Below are positions 17,603 to 27,265 of a stretch of 64,000 nt of DNA, piece after piece. This DNA is from an uncultured Fibrobacteria bacterium (GTDB taxonomy: Bacteria > Fibrobacterota > Fibrobacteria > UBA11236), in assembly GCA_963716395.1 (NCBI GenBank), contig OY970309.1, positions 1,664,001 to 1,728,000 on the forward strand, written 5' to 3'. How positions within the stretch are numbered: the first letter of the stretch is position 1; every line of letters starts with the position of its first letter. The translations under genes were made by a program, and so were the position numbers. The notes under the pieces are model-generated. The model was not told the DNA's origin and made no database searches. It worked only from the letters and a program-made list of their open reading frames with translations.

Positions 17603-19621
17603 CTAAGAACCTGCGCCCCAGCCTCCCGGATAGGCGAACAAATCACGGGCCGACATCATCCAAATCACCAGCCGTTTGCCTTTCAAGGCGTCGGGGCCCG
17701 CCAACCGCAATTTGCGGGGCGCTTCGGGCCCGCCGCCCCAGCCCATGATCAAATCCACCGGCCCGCCGATGGTCTTGGCCAGACGCGCCGTAACACCGGC
17801 GTGACGGCAGCCCGTCTGCTCGTAAACCCCCGTGTAACTGTCGCCCAAAACCAATATCGGCGCGTTCTGGGCGTCGGCGTAGTAATGGCCGGTCGAATCC
17901 ACCACTTGCCGGCCCCGCAGTTTTTCTGGACCCAGGCCGGTGCGCGCCTGCGGCGGCAGGCGATCATACAGGTCGCCCAATTGCGAAAACACCGTGTCGT
18001 GATCGGTATACGGCACCTCGGTGGGGTAGGCTTCGCCGAACCAGGAATAACCCATGACGCGTTCGCCCACGGTTGCGGCCGCCAGTTCCAAGCCGGCCGC
18101 GGTCCAATGGGTGTCTTGGCGCTGGTACAGCGAATCGCCGCCTTGGCGGGCGGCCGTCTGGAATTTCGAAAGCAGATCCAAGGTTTCGACTTTGTGCTGG
18201 GCCAAATCCCACAGGAGTTTGCGGAGATAGGGCTGGGGCGTGGCGCCCGGCAGCTTGGCGGCGGCAGCCGAAATGATTTCGGGATACACGTCGGCCTTGG
18301 TGGGGATGGGCACGAATAAGAAGTCGATGCCGAGCGAGGCCAATGAATCGCGCAGCGACACGATGGCGGTGAGCGGATTTTTTTCCGGCGGCAGTTTTTG
18401 CAAATCGCCGGCCAGCAGGTATTCCATGCCGCGACGGAACAGGAGATAGCCTTGGCGGCCGCGCAAGGCCTCGACCGAAGCGGGTTGGGAGGCGAGCAGC
18501 GCCGACACCTGGCGGTGGAACGGATCGAGTTTGTGGAACCAGGCGTCCCACGATCCGTGTCCGAATTTGGCCACGAGGGAAGAGTCGTGATCGCGGATCG
18601 AGGCCAGATATTCCCCGAGGTTGTCGGAAACGCTACGACTCAATACGCTCATGGGCGCCGCGGCGCCCGCCTGCGGTTTGTCTTGGCCCATGCCCGGAAT
18701 CACCAACACGAAGTACACGCCGAGACCCTGGGGTTTGCCGCGCAGGGCGAACACGGGTTGGGGAAAGGTCTGGCCATGCAATTCGCGCTTCACGTCAGCG
18801 TCGACGGTAGGGTCGGGCCAGGATCCGCCGCCGCGCAAGTCGATGAAATCGGTGTTGCGCGACGGATACCAATAGGCCGCGAGTTGGTGCCCGTAATCGA
18901 TGACTTCGGATTCGGACAAAACATGGGTGGAATAAGTTCGGCGCAGCAGCGCGTATACCTGCGGGGTGAATTTGGCCGGATCGATCTGCGCGTAAATTGC
19001 GGGGAATCCGTCGTGATCGGCGTCATGCATCAACGCGGGAACCGGGCGCACCCAGGGTTTGAGTTCGACCTTCACCCAGGCCGAGGAGTCTTGGTGGGAC
19101 AGGTAGAGATCGGTGAACTCCACCAGGGGCGCGGGCACGTCGCCGGGGTAGCCGAAATGGGCGGCGGTGACGCGGCCGTAAGCTTCGGCCAGGTCGCGCA
19201 CGAGGGTGAAGGAATCGCCCAATAAATAATCCAGCGCCGGTTTCCAATGCAGCGGGGCGGCGCGTTCGGAATCGGAAAGCGGCAGCTCACCGACCGAGGA
19301 TTTGAAATCGCGGATCAGCCCGTCGAATCCCAAATCGGCGGCGGTTAAAGCCCGCGGCAGGCGCACTGTGTCTTGGGAGGGATTCCACAACATGACGTCG
19401 GCCGCATAGGCGGCATGATCGAGATGCGCCAAGGTGGGCACGTCGACTTCGCGCACCAGCACCCGCGAGGCGGTGCGTCGGTATCCGGCGTTCAGGGTTT
19501 TGTCGGCGGGAGAAATCGCGTTCGCCGCGGCCGTGCCCGGCGTTTCGGCATGGCGGCATTGCAGCAGCAGGGTTGCCGGCGACAGCGCCAAAATCCAAGC
19601 GAGACGGTGCAGGGTTTTCAT
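17603..19621 (-). CDS. AlgX/AlgJ-family SGNH polysaccharide O-acetyltransferase with a long N-terminal extension
   Basis: Motifs GRQGYLLF, FVPIPTKADVYPE, DTHWT and LVLGDSY; signal/lipoprotein N-terminus. Confidence 0.8.
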   Translation of the reverse strand: MKTLHRLAWILALSPATLLLQCRHAETPGTAAANAISPADKTLNAGYRRTASRVLVREVDVPTLAHLDHAAYAADVMLWNPSQDTVRLPRALTAADLGFDGLIRDFKSSVGELPLSDSERAAPLHWKPALDYLLGDSFTLVRDLAEAYGRVTAAHFGYPGDVPAPLVEFTDLYLSHQDSSAWVKVELKPWVRPVPALMHDADHDGFPAIYAQIDPAKFTPQVYALLRRTYSTHVLSESEVIDYGHQLAAYWYPSRNTDFIDLRGGGSWPDPTVDADVKRELHGQTFPQPVFALRGKPQGLGVYFVLVIPGMGQDKPQAGAAAPMSVLSRSVSDNLGEYLASIRDHDSSLVAKFGHGSWDAWFHKLDPFHRQVSALLASQPASVEALRGRQGYLLFRRGMEYLLAGDLQKLPPEKNPLTAIVSLRDSLASLGIDFLFVPIPTKADVYPEIISAAAAKLPGATPQPYLRKLLWDLAQHKVETLDLLSKFQTAARQGGDSLYQRQDTHWTAAGLELAAATVGERVMGYSWFGEAYPTEVPYTDHDTVFSQLGDLYDRLPPQARTGLGPEKLRGRQVVDSTGHYYADAQNAPILVLGDSYTGVYEQTGCRHAGVTARLAKTIGGPVDLIMGWGGGPEAPRKLRLAGPDALKGKRLVIWMMSARDLFAYPGGWGAGS

Positions 19622-20703
19622 GCGCCGGTCGAAAGCAAAGCGTGCCGGGCATGCCGGGCCACGGCGTCAACGGCGATGCGGCGCAGCGCTTCGGGCAAAG
19701 ACATCCGCGGTTCCCAGCCGAGCAAGGTGCGCGCCTTGCGGATGTCGGGCAGGCGGCGATCGGAATCGTCGTAGCCTTCGCCGTAGAAATCGCGGGCCGC
19801 GACGGTGATTTCGGGGTGGGTGCGGTACTCCGGCCGGCCGGTGGCTTCGGCGAAGGCTGCGCGCATGAGGCCGGCCAATTCGCGGATGGCGACTTCGTTG
19901 CCGGGATGCCCAAGATTGAAGATCTGGTTCTGCGCGGCTTCGGGACGATCGAGCATGCGCAGCACGGCGTCGACGGCATCGTCGATGTGCAGAAACGTCC
20001 GGCGGGAGAGCCCTCCGTCGACCAAGGGAAAAGGTTCGCCTTTCAGCAGGGCCGACAAGAAGCAGGCGAGCACGCGGGGCACGCCTTCGCCGGCTTCGAA
20101 GCCGGGCAAGAAATCCATGTGCGGGCCGATGAAATTGAAAGGGCGCACCACGGTGAAACGCAGGCCGCGTTCGCGGTGCTGCGCGTAAATCCAGCGTTCG
20201 AGCAATTGCTTGGCGCAGGCATAGCTCCAGCGGGCGCTGTGCACGGGGCCGAGCAAGAGCGGCGATTCGTCTTCGCGCAGTAAATTGAGATCGAGCCGGG
20301 TCTCGGCTTCGGGCCCGAGCTGCGACGCCAAAGTTTTGCCGTACACTTCGCTGGTGGAAAAATGCAGCAGCCAGGCGCCGCGCCGGGTTAAAGCTTCAAA
20401 GAGACGCGCGGGCTGCAGAAAATTGCTTTCGATCACGGCGATGCCGTCGCCGGCATAGCGCGAGGGCCAGCAGATGGCGGCCAGCGAAATCACGACTTCG
20501 CAAGCGGCGAGCCGCGCTACGAGTTCCGGGTCGCGGTACAAGTCGCCTTCGATGAAATCGCAGCGCGGATGATGGCGCAAAGGCGCCAGCCGATGCGCAT
20601 CGGAATCCCAACCGACCACTTCAAAGTCGCCGCGCCGCAGCAAGGCCGCGAGCAAATGGCTGCCGATAAAGCCCCCGCAGCCGAGCAGGGCCACGCGCCG
20701 CAT
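19618..20703 (-). CDS. UDP-D-apiose/UDP-D-xylose synthase-like NAD-dependent decarboxylase (extended SDR)
   Basis: Motifs GCGGFIG, LAAICWP, FSTSEVYGKT, RWSYACAKQLLER, RPFNFIGPHMDFLPG..EGVPRVLACF, LVDGG and FYGEGYDDSDRRLPD. Confidence 0.8.
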   Translation of the reverse strand: MRRVALLGCGGFIGSHLLAALLRRGDFEVVGWDSDAHRLAPLRHHPRCDFIEGDLYRDPELVARLAACEVVISLAAICWPSRYAGDGIAVIESNFLQPARLFEALTRRGAWLLHFSTSEVYGKTLASQLGPEAETRLDLNLLREDESPLLLGPVHSARWSYACAKQLLERWIYAQHRERGLRFTVVRPFNFIGPHMDFLPGFEAGEGVPRVLACFLSALLKGEPFPLVDGGLSRRTFLHIDDAVDAVLRMLDRPEAAQNQIFNLGHPGNEVAIRELAGLMRAAFAEATGRPEYRTHPEITVAARDFYGEGYDDSDRRLPDIRKARTLLGWEPRMSLPEALRRIAVDAVARHARHALLSTGA

Positions 20704-21887
20704 CAGAAAAAGGTTCCGCGCACGCCCACGGTGCCGAGATAATTCATGGGGGCCGTGAACCGCCCCCGGTCGGACATCTGGTTCAGCGACCAGGGAATGC
20801 CGAAGGCGATGAAGGCGGGGAAATTGGGATTGGATATTTCCAGGCCGAGGCTGAGTTTGAGGGTGATGTCATAGGAACGGTAGCGCTGCGACACCTTGCC
20901 GAGGCCGGGGCCGTAGTCCCACCAATAGGTCGGGGCCGTGGGCACCGTCAAGGTGAGGCCGGCGCTTTGCACCGAGTGTTCTTCTTTGCGGCCCACATGC
21001 GCGTAGAGGCTGAAGTCGTCGGCGCCGGTGGCGCCGGTGCCGGGCACGCCATAGCTCTGCTGCCACGAGGCGGGGTTGCCGCCCCAAGGCTGATGCTTCA
21101 AATCCCACAGCTTCCAGGTCAGCGGCGAAGGCGCCAAGGTCTGGCAGTTGATTACCTGGTCATTGATGGCGGTGGAGGTCGTGGTGTCGCGACAGGACAT
21201 GTCTTGATACGCGAAAGCCGCGGTGTAGCTGCCGCCGAAGATGAACAGGCCCCAATCCCGGTCGCGGGTGTATTCGTAGGTGAGACCGGCGGTGTAAAGA
21301 CCCGTGCCCGGCTGATCGAAAGGGCTGAGCCAGCGGATGTCGTCGGGTCCACCCGCCGTGCTTTTTTGGTACAGGCGTTTGATGTCGTCTTGGCCCGTGG
21401 GCAGACCGATAGAAAGACCAAGGCTGTGGTTGTTTTCGTCGCCGAACAAGCGGTTCACGGTCAAGCCGAGATCAGCCAAGCCGGCGTCTTCGATAAGCAG
21501 CGGCGGAATCGGGTCGCCGTTGGTTTTATACCCGATATACTCGAAGTTGCTTTGCTTCCACCCCAGTGACAGCCCCGCCGTGTAATTGGGCCAAGTCGGT
21601 TTGTGAAAGGTGAACGAAACCGAGGTGGCGTCGTAATCGTAGTCTCCGCCCAAGGTTTTGTTTTGCAGCAATTCCAGATCGACGAGCCCGCCCGATACGC
21701 TGCGTCCAATCCATTTGCCGGCGCCGGCCGCCACGCCGCCGCCCGAAGCGCCGCAACCGCCGATATTGCGCCACGCCGCCAGCGCGCCGGGATCGCGCAG
21801 GCGCGTCTGCACCGCGCGTTCGGTGACCACGGTCAAAGCCGCGAGAAGCGCGGCGCCCACCCAAATTCCCATCGAAGGTGCTTTCAT
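20703..21887 (-). CDS. Hypothetical outer-membrane beta-barrel-like protein
   Basis: N-terminal hydrophobic segment, alternating beta-strand patterns, IGLPTG, and C-terminal GVRGTFF. Confidence 0.5.
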   Translation of the reverse strand: MKAPSMGIWVGAALLAALTVVTERAVQTRLRDPGALAAWRNIGGCGASGGGVAAGAGKWIGRSVSGGLVDLELLQNKTLGGDYDYDATSVSFTFHKPTWPNYTAGLSLGWKQSNFEYIGYKTNGDPIPPLLIEDAGLADLGLTVNRLFGDENNHSLGLSIGLPTGQDDIKRLYQKSTAGGPDDIRWLSPFDQPGTGLYTAGLTYEYTRDRDWGLFIFGGSYTAAFAYQDMSCRDTTTSTAINDQVINCQTLAPSPLTWKLWDLKHQPWGGNPASWQQSYGVPGTGATGADDFSLYAHVGRKEEHSVQSAGLTLTVPTAPTYWWDYGPGLGKVSQRYRSYDITLKLSLGLEISNPNFPAFIAFGIPWSLNQMSDRGRFTAPMNYLGTVGVRGTFF

Positions 21888-22381
21888 GTGGAATCCTTGA
21901 TGCTGAAGAACTCATCGGAAACATCATTATAAAGGGCGTTATTGTAATCGCTGACCTCAACCTGCACCGAATCTGAAACCAGGCCGACGGAGTCGGCCGG
22001 TGCATAATGAGATAGCAGCGAGTCGGGAATGGCAAAAACCAAATCGCAGTGGCGATAGACGTTTAGATTGCCCGCAGTTCCCGGCGGGATTAACACGATT
22101 TTATAACCGGAAGGGGTTTTGATTTTAAGCGTGACCGCCGCATTGGAATCGTCCAGACTCTCCGTCACCCGCACGTGCAGCGTATCCCCCACTTTGAAAA
22201 TCTCTCCGCCATTCGGCTGGATGACTTTAAACACCGGATACGGATCGTTGGGGTTGGCCTGCGCCACGCTGTCTCCCAAGTCCGGGCAACTTTTTTCCGC
22301 GGCCGGCCCGGTGGTCTGGCTGCAAGCCAGCAGGAACACCGTGAGCGCTAGGCCACAGTATCCGATCCCTCCGCCGTTCAC
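21884..22381 (-). CDS. Lipoprotein with Ig-like (PNGGE) domain
   Basis: Lipobox LLAC; VIQPNGGEIFKVGDTLHV. Confidence 0.7.
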   Translation of the reverse strand: MNGGGIGYCGLALTVFLLACSQTTGPAAEKSCPDLGDSVAQANPNDPYPVFKVIQPNGGEIFKVGDTLHVRVTESLDDSNAAVTLKIKTPSGYKIVLIPPGTAGNLNVYRHCDLVFAIPDSLLSHYAPADSVGLVSDSVQVEVSDYNNALYNDVSDEFFSIKDST

Positions 22382-22402
22382 GACCGGAACCGTCGGGCCC
22401 GG

Positions 22403-23617
22403 TTAGGGCCCTACCCACAAATGCGAGTAGGTGCCGGTATTGAATCCGCCCGATCCCAGCCGCAAATACCCTTGCGCCTGGTACAAAGTGTCGCGCGAGG
22501 CCGAGGTCAGATCGGGCAATTTGACGGCATAGAGATCGCAGTCGCTGGTTTGCGATTCGTTCGGGCGTTCCGTCACCGAGGTCGCGAACAGGGGATCGGT
22601 CGACCAGCGCGGTTTATCCCACAAGTAGTAGCGGCTCGCGTCGGGCAATTTGCCCTGCCAGATGATGAGGTCTTGCTTGTCGTGAATCCACAGGTTCTGG
22701 TGTTCGGCTTCGGTGAGCGAGTCGATGGGCGTGTGGTACTCGATACCCGAGCCGCCGAAGCCGAGCAGCATGAGAAAATCCGCATTGACGCTGCCGGCCG
22801 GAAAGGGATTCATGGAAGGGTTGCATTTTTGCTGCTGCCCGGCCAAAAGAATGGGCGGTACCGTGGGTGTGGTGGTGTTGTACAAGCCGGCCGGGCTGTA
22901 GGCGGTGCCGGCCCAGACGCCGTCGCGCGAAAGCCCGCCGCGGAAAATGCCCGGCAGTCCCGTGGTTTGCAGCGAGTCGATGGTCGAATCGTTTTCCAAA
23001 GCCACCCGGTAGGTATGGCCGTCGAATTGCGCGCAGGCGGCGGTGTACCCGACGGTATTCTCCGTGTTGTCGAAGTAAATCCAGGGCTTTCCATTGCGGA
23101 CCAGCCAATGCGGATCGGCCGTATAGTAACCGGTGGTGGACAGGGGGATGCGCCAGCTCGAAGCAGAGGGGGAGGCCACGTTGAGCGCAAAACCCTGCGC
23201 GCCCTGCTGCGCCGAATAGGCAATCCAATTGCCGTCGGGCGAAAATTGCGGATTGCTGAAATTGGCCAGCCCGCCGGTGGGCGACTCATCACCTTGATCC
23301 AATTCATACACTTGCGGCGCGCCCGTGGATCCCCATTCGATTAAAAACAACGAGGTTGCCTGCGCCACCACCAATCTCACCGAGCTGCTCCCGAAAAACG
23401 CCGAAACCGAATCGCCCGGAGCCCAGGTGATGCCGGCCATGGCCGCTGGCCGGAAAGAAATTTTTTCGGCCTTATGCTGTGACGGCACGCCTTCGGGCGG
23501 GTAGAGAGAATCGGCGTCAAGGCAAGTGCTGGTCGACGGAGGCGGGGAGGTGGGTTGGCTGTTGCACGCGACCAACCCCAGGGCCGTTGCTAACATCACC
23601 CAGGCACGAAAAGACAT
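22403..23617 (-). CDS. TolB-like beta-propeller lipoprotein (TIGR02171-like domain)
   Basis: Lipobox LVAC; PQFSPDGNWIAY, GGLSRDG, QKCNPSM and WDKPRWS. Probable start 23617. Confidence 0.65.
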   Translation of the reverse strand: MSFRAWVMLATALGLVACNSQPTSPPPSTSTCLDADSLYPPEGVPSQHKAEKISFRPAAMAGITWAPGDSVSAFFGSSSVRLVVAQATSLFLIEWGSTGAPQVYELDQGDESPTGGLANFSNPQFSPDGNWIAYSAQQGAQGFALNVASPSASSWRIPLSTTGYYTADPHWLVRNGKPWIYFDNTENTVGYTAACAQFDGHTYRVALENDSTIDSLQTTGLPGIFRGGLSRDGVWAGTAYSPAGLYNTTTPTVPPILLAGQQQKCNPSMNPFPAGSVNADFLMLLGFGGSGIEYHTPIDSLTEAEHQNLWIHDKQDLIIWQGKLPDASRYYLWDKPRWSTDPLFATSVTERPNESQTSDCDLYAVKLPDLTSASRDTLYQAQGYLRLGSGGFNTGTYSHLWVGP

Positions 23618-23696
23618 GGTGGAAATATAGACGCGTTCCGAAAATGCCGCCCTGCCTAAAATTCCGTTCCCACGAACTTTGGCCGGCGGCCGCGGG

Positions 23697-25346
23697 TTAT
23701 TTCGATCCCAGCCACGCAATGGGCATATAGAAGCCGGCGCCCGATGCCAGTTTCAGGGTTTCGCGCGTGGAGATTTTGATCAAATACAAGTCGGGCTGCA
23801 CCGGATTGCCGTTGGCGTCCAAGCCGCGCGTAGAGGCCACGGCGTAATCGGGCCGGTTCGACCATTCCGGATCGTCCCAGGTTTTGCCCAGGGCCAGTTC
23901 TGCGGGCGGCGTGTCGATGAAGTCAACGATGTGGCCGGGTAACGTGGAGGTCGCGTCGCCAATGAGCAGGATTTGGTGCTGCGCGTACAACTTCGGCGCC
24001 ACCAGATTCGGATAGCCAGGCGCATCGAACACCCCGAAATCTTCGAACAAAGCGCGCGCCGGTTGCGCGGGATCGGGCGAGATGGACATGTTGCACACCT
24101 GCACCGAATCGGGCAGCGGCGAGGGACTGCCGGGATAAACGTGCAGGAAGATTTTTTGGCCGGTACCGCGGTTGAGCAGCACGGCCCGCGGCGAACCCCC
24201 GGCCAGCCAATTGCTGTCTTGGGAAAGGCCGGCATTGTAGCTGCCCGCCGCGAGGATCCGGGGCGATCCGATGAGTTGCCCGCCGGAAAATTGCTGCCAA
24301 TAGGTTTTGCCGGTGTCGTTCCAGCCGTAGTCGTCGCCGGAAGAGCACCACACCAGGGCCGTGTCGACGCCGTCGGTCCAGAAACGGGGATTGGTGGCCG
24401 GATAGCCGGGGCCGTCGATGCGGGCGCCGCTCAGCGCCTGAATATAGACGCGGCTGACCACGCTGCCGTTGTTTACGGTCGCGCCTTCCAGGCCGGTTTC
24501 GTAGGTCAAATAGTTGCCGTCCGGCGACCAGGCGGGCAAGGTCGCACCTTTGGAAGTCGCGAAGGTATGGGTGACCAAGGTGTCGCCCATTTCCGCCAGG
24601 TCGGCGTAGTTCAGATAATACGCCGTAGCCACCGCGTCATAACTCAGCCAGGCTACGCGCAAATCCAGGCTGTCTCCGATGAATAATTGAATTTGCTGTT
24701 TCAGGCCGGCCGATTGCGGCAGCAGTTCCATGGCCACCGAATCCGAGAACTGCCTCAGGCGAAGGCGCCGCGTCAAATAGCCCGAGTCCGTGAATTCCAG
24801 CGTCATCCGCGGTAGCGTGTCAGTTACGGCGGCGCGGGCCAACGCCTTCGCCGCCGCAGGTGGGTTCAGCGCCACAACTTCGCTTCCCCGCACCAGCACC
24901 GGATAGGCTGTACGCTGCGCGCCGCGGCGCACCACCAATATCCGCAAGGCCATCGACAGCGGGTGTGTTTCGACCGCGATGGCTTGTGTCGCTTGCGGCG
25001 GAAGCCGGCGTTTCCATTCCCGCGTCCCGTCTTCGCGCCACCAGGAAAGCTCGACGGCCGCGTCGCTCCGGTTTTCGACCTGCAACGCAAGACCTTGCAA
25101 ACGCCACGTCAATCCCTCGTCTCGCAATTTGGGTTGGAATACGGCCAGCGATCCCTGTAAATGGAAAACGCCGTTGCTGTCGGTGCTTGCGGATTGCCCG
25201 GTTTCGAGCAAGGTTACCCGGGCCCCGGCTAGACCCTTCCCGTTGGGATCGTGAACCGTTCCCGAGACCTGCACGGTTTGCGCGTAAGCCCCGGCAAACG
25301 CAAAGCACAAGATGTACCACAAAGCCATTCGCGAGGCGCGCCGCAT
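23697..25346 (-). CDS. Secreted protein with carboxypeptidase-regulatory-like domain and TolB-like propeller (TIGR02171-like)
   Basis: VSGTVHDPNGKGLAGARVTL..TDSNGVF; PAWSPDGNYLTYETGLEG, QVCNMSISPD and WDDPEWSN. Confidence 0.7.
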   Translation of the reverse strand: MRRASRMALWYILCFAFAGAYAQTVQVSGTVHDPNGKGLAGARVTLLETGQSASTDSNGVFHLQGSLAVFQPKLRDEGLTWRLQGLALQVENRSDAAVELSWWREDGTREWKRRLPPQATQAIAVETHPLSMALRILVVRRGAQRTAYPVLVRGSEVVALNPPAAAKALARAAVTDTLPRMTLEFTDSGYLTRRLRLRQFSDSVAMELLPQSAGLKQQIQLFIGDSLDLRVAWLSYDAVATAYYLNYADLAEMGDTLVTHTFATSKGATLPAWSPDGNYLTYETGLEGATVNNGSVVSRVYIQALSGARIDGPGYPATNPRFWTDGVDTALVWCSSGDDYGWNDTGKTYWQQFSGGQLIGSPRILAAGSYNAGLSQDSNWLAGGSPRAVLLNRGTGQKIFLHVYPGSPSPLPDSVQVCNMSISPDPAQPARALFEDFGVFDAPGYPNLVAPKLYAQHQILLIGDATSTLPGHIVDFIDTPPAELALGKTWDDPEWSNRPDYAVASTRGLDANGNPVQPDLYLIKISTRETLKLASGAGFYMPIAWLGSK

Positions 25347-25501
25347 TTTCCTAATCTACTCGCAACGGGTCGGGGGATCCTTCCGTCCCAGGCATGCGGA
25401 GCAGAGGCCGAGCCTGACGGGGGTAAGTAAATTGTAAACCGGTTTTGGACGGCTGAAGAGCGGAAGCCGCCGTTACAACTGATCCGGAAAAGGAGGCCGG
25501 C

Positions 25502-26413
25502 ATGGTGGAGATGGGCAACCGCGCGATGGCAGCCTTGGTGTTGGCCGCGGTTTCGGTACTGACCGGAAATGCCGCCGAATTGACTTTGGAAAAGGCCTTG
25601 CCCATTGAATCCTCCGAATTGCTTCAGCCTTCGGGCCTGACCATGGAAAACGGGAATCTATACATGGTTTCGGCCCGGGAAGACGGAGTCATTTATCGCC
25701 TGGATCTCAAAGGCGATCAAGCCGTGATGTCGACGGCGGTAAACATTCGGCCTCCCTCCACGGCTTCGGAAGGGGCGGAAAAACACCTGGTGTTGCGCGC
25801 GGTGGCGGCCGATTCGGCCGGCGACTTTTATGTGCTCAGCGAAGCGGCCTGCCGCATTTTACAGGTGAAAAAAAACGGCCAAGCCGAATGGCTGGGGCCC
25901 AGCTTGCTCTCCGCCGGAGTGGAAAAAGATTTGTTTTCGGGTGAAAATTCGGGCGCCGACGGCATCGCCCGCCTGGGCCCCGGACGCTTTTATGTCGGCG
26001 CGGCCCGGCAGCCGCGCGGCTTGCTGCGCGTGGATCTTTCCGGCGAGAAACCTCAGATTCTGGCCTTCAAGCTCGACCAGACCTCGCTCACCCCGACCGT
26101 CGGAAGCAAACCCGAATTGTTGGATCTGACCGTGGACAGTCGGAAAAATCTGTACGGCCTCATGGCCAATGCCGACGCGATTTGCCGCATCAAAACCGGC
26201 GAGGTCGTTGCAGAAGGGGAATGCTGGAGTTACGCGGCGACTTCGGGCGACGCCAAATATCAGTTTCAAGGGTTCAAATCGGGATTGGGCCGCGGCCTGG
26301 CCGTCGACGACCACGATTTTTACGTGCTGCTTGACAACCATGGCATGGCGCGCGTCTCTGATTCCAAGGATCGCCGGGCCTTGCTGCTGATTTTCAAGCG
26401 TCCCTCGTCTTGA
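25502..26413 (+). CDS. Exported beta-propeller protein (SdiA-regulated/phytase-like)
   Basis: RBS AAGGAGG, signal peptide, and blade motifs QPSGL, ADGIA and GLAVD. Confidence 0.55.
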   Translation: MVEMGNRAMAALVLAAVSVLTGNAAELTLEKALPIESSELLQPSGLTMENGNLYMVSAREDGVIYRLDLKGDQAVMSTAVNIRPPSTASEGAEKHLVLRAVAADSAGDFYVLSEAACRILQVKKNGQAEWLGPSLLSAGVEKDLFSGENSGADGIARLGPGRFYVGAARQPRGLLRVDLSGEKPQILAFKLDQTSLTPTVGSKPELLDLTVDSRKNLYGLMANADAICRIKTGEVVAEGECWSYAATSGDAKYQFQGFKSGLGRGLAVDDHDFYVLLDNHGMARVSDSKDRRALLLIFKRPSS

Positions 26414-26423
26414 GTCCAGCCCC

Positions 26424-27203
26424 GTGACGGTTCCGGAAAAATTTCCCGCCGGAGTACGGGCGGTGTTGGCCCAATTGGCCGCCGTTCCTTACGAAAACCT
26501 GAGCAAAATCGTGGCGCGGCATCGCAAGGGTAACCCGGAAAGCGCGCTGGACTTTTCTTGCTTCCGGCCCGGGGATCCGCTGCGTCCGCATTGGGGCGGT
26601 ACCTGCTTCGCGCTCACCCATTGGCTCAAAATCAGAATGGACGAACTGAACCAGAGTACGGCTTATCTTATGGCCGGCAAGCCGCAGTCTGCCGATATCC
26701 ATTGCGGGTTGTTGTGGGAATATGCGGGCGGATTGTATCTGCTCGATCCCGGATATTTGCTCTTCGATCCCCTGCCTTTGCCGGAGAATGGAGGCCAAGC
26801 TTTCGCGTCGGCGCCGCCCCACGCGATTCGCCTCGAAGACCAGGTTGAAGCGGGTTTGTGGCGCCTTTTCACCGGCCCCGAATCGGGTCTCAAATACCGT
26901 TTTGATTTCCGCAAAGAGCCGGTCGGCGACGCGGAATTCCAACGGCATTGGGAGGCTTCGTTCACCTGGCCCATGATGCGCTACCCCGTGCTGAACCGGG
27001 TGGAAAACGGCGTACAGTTTTATTTGCAGAGAAACAATTTGCTGGTGCGTACGGCGGCGGAAAGCACGATGCGGCGTCTGACCGGGGATGAGGTCGCGGC
27101 CACGGCCGAATCGACGTTCGGATTGCCGCGGCCGCTGGTGCAAGAGGCGTTAGCGTTATTGTACGGGGGCGGCGCGACCAATCCGATGCGGCCCCCGCGG
27201 TGA
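26424..27203 (+). CDS. Arylamine N-acetyltransferase family protein
   Basis: VPYENL, GGTCF (catalytic Cys), IHCGL and YLLDPGY. Confidence 0.8.
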   Translation: MTVPEKFPAGVRAVLAQLAAVPYENLSKIVARHRKGNPESALDFSCFRPGDPLRPHWGGTCFALTHWLKIRMDELNQSTAYLMAGKPQSADIHCGLLWEYAGGLYLLDPGYLLFDPLPLPENGGQAFASAPPHAIRLEDQVEAGLWRLFTGPESGLKYRFDFRKEPVGDAEFQRHWEASFTWPMMRYPVLNRVENGVQFYLQRNNLLVRTAAESTMRRLTGDEVAATAESTFGLPRPLVQEALALLYGGGATNPMRPPR

Positions 27204-27265
27204 TCCGGAAACCCAATGTTAACCTTCTGGTTACTGGCGCCGGCTCGTGGAAAGTGTGAAAATTT

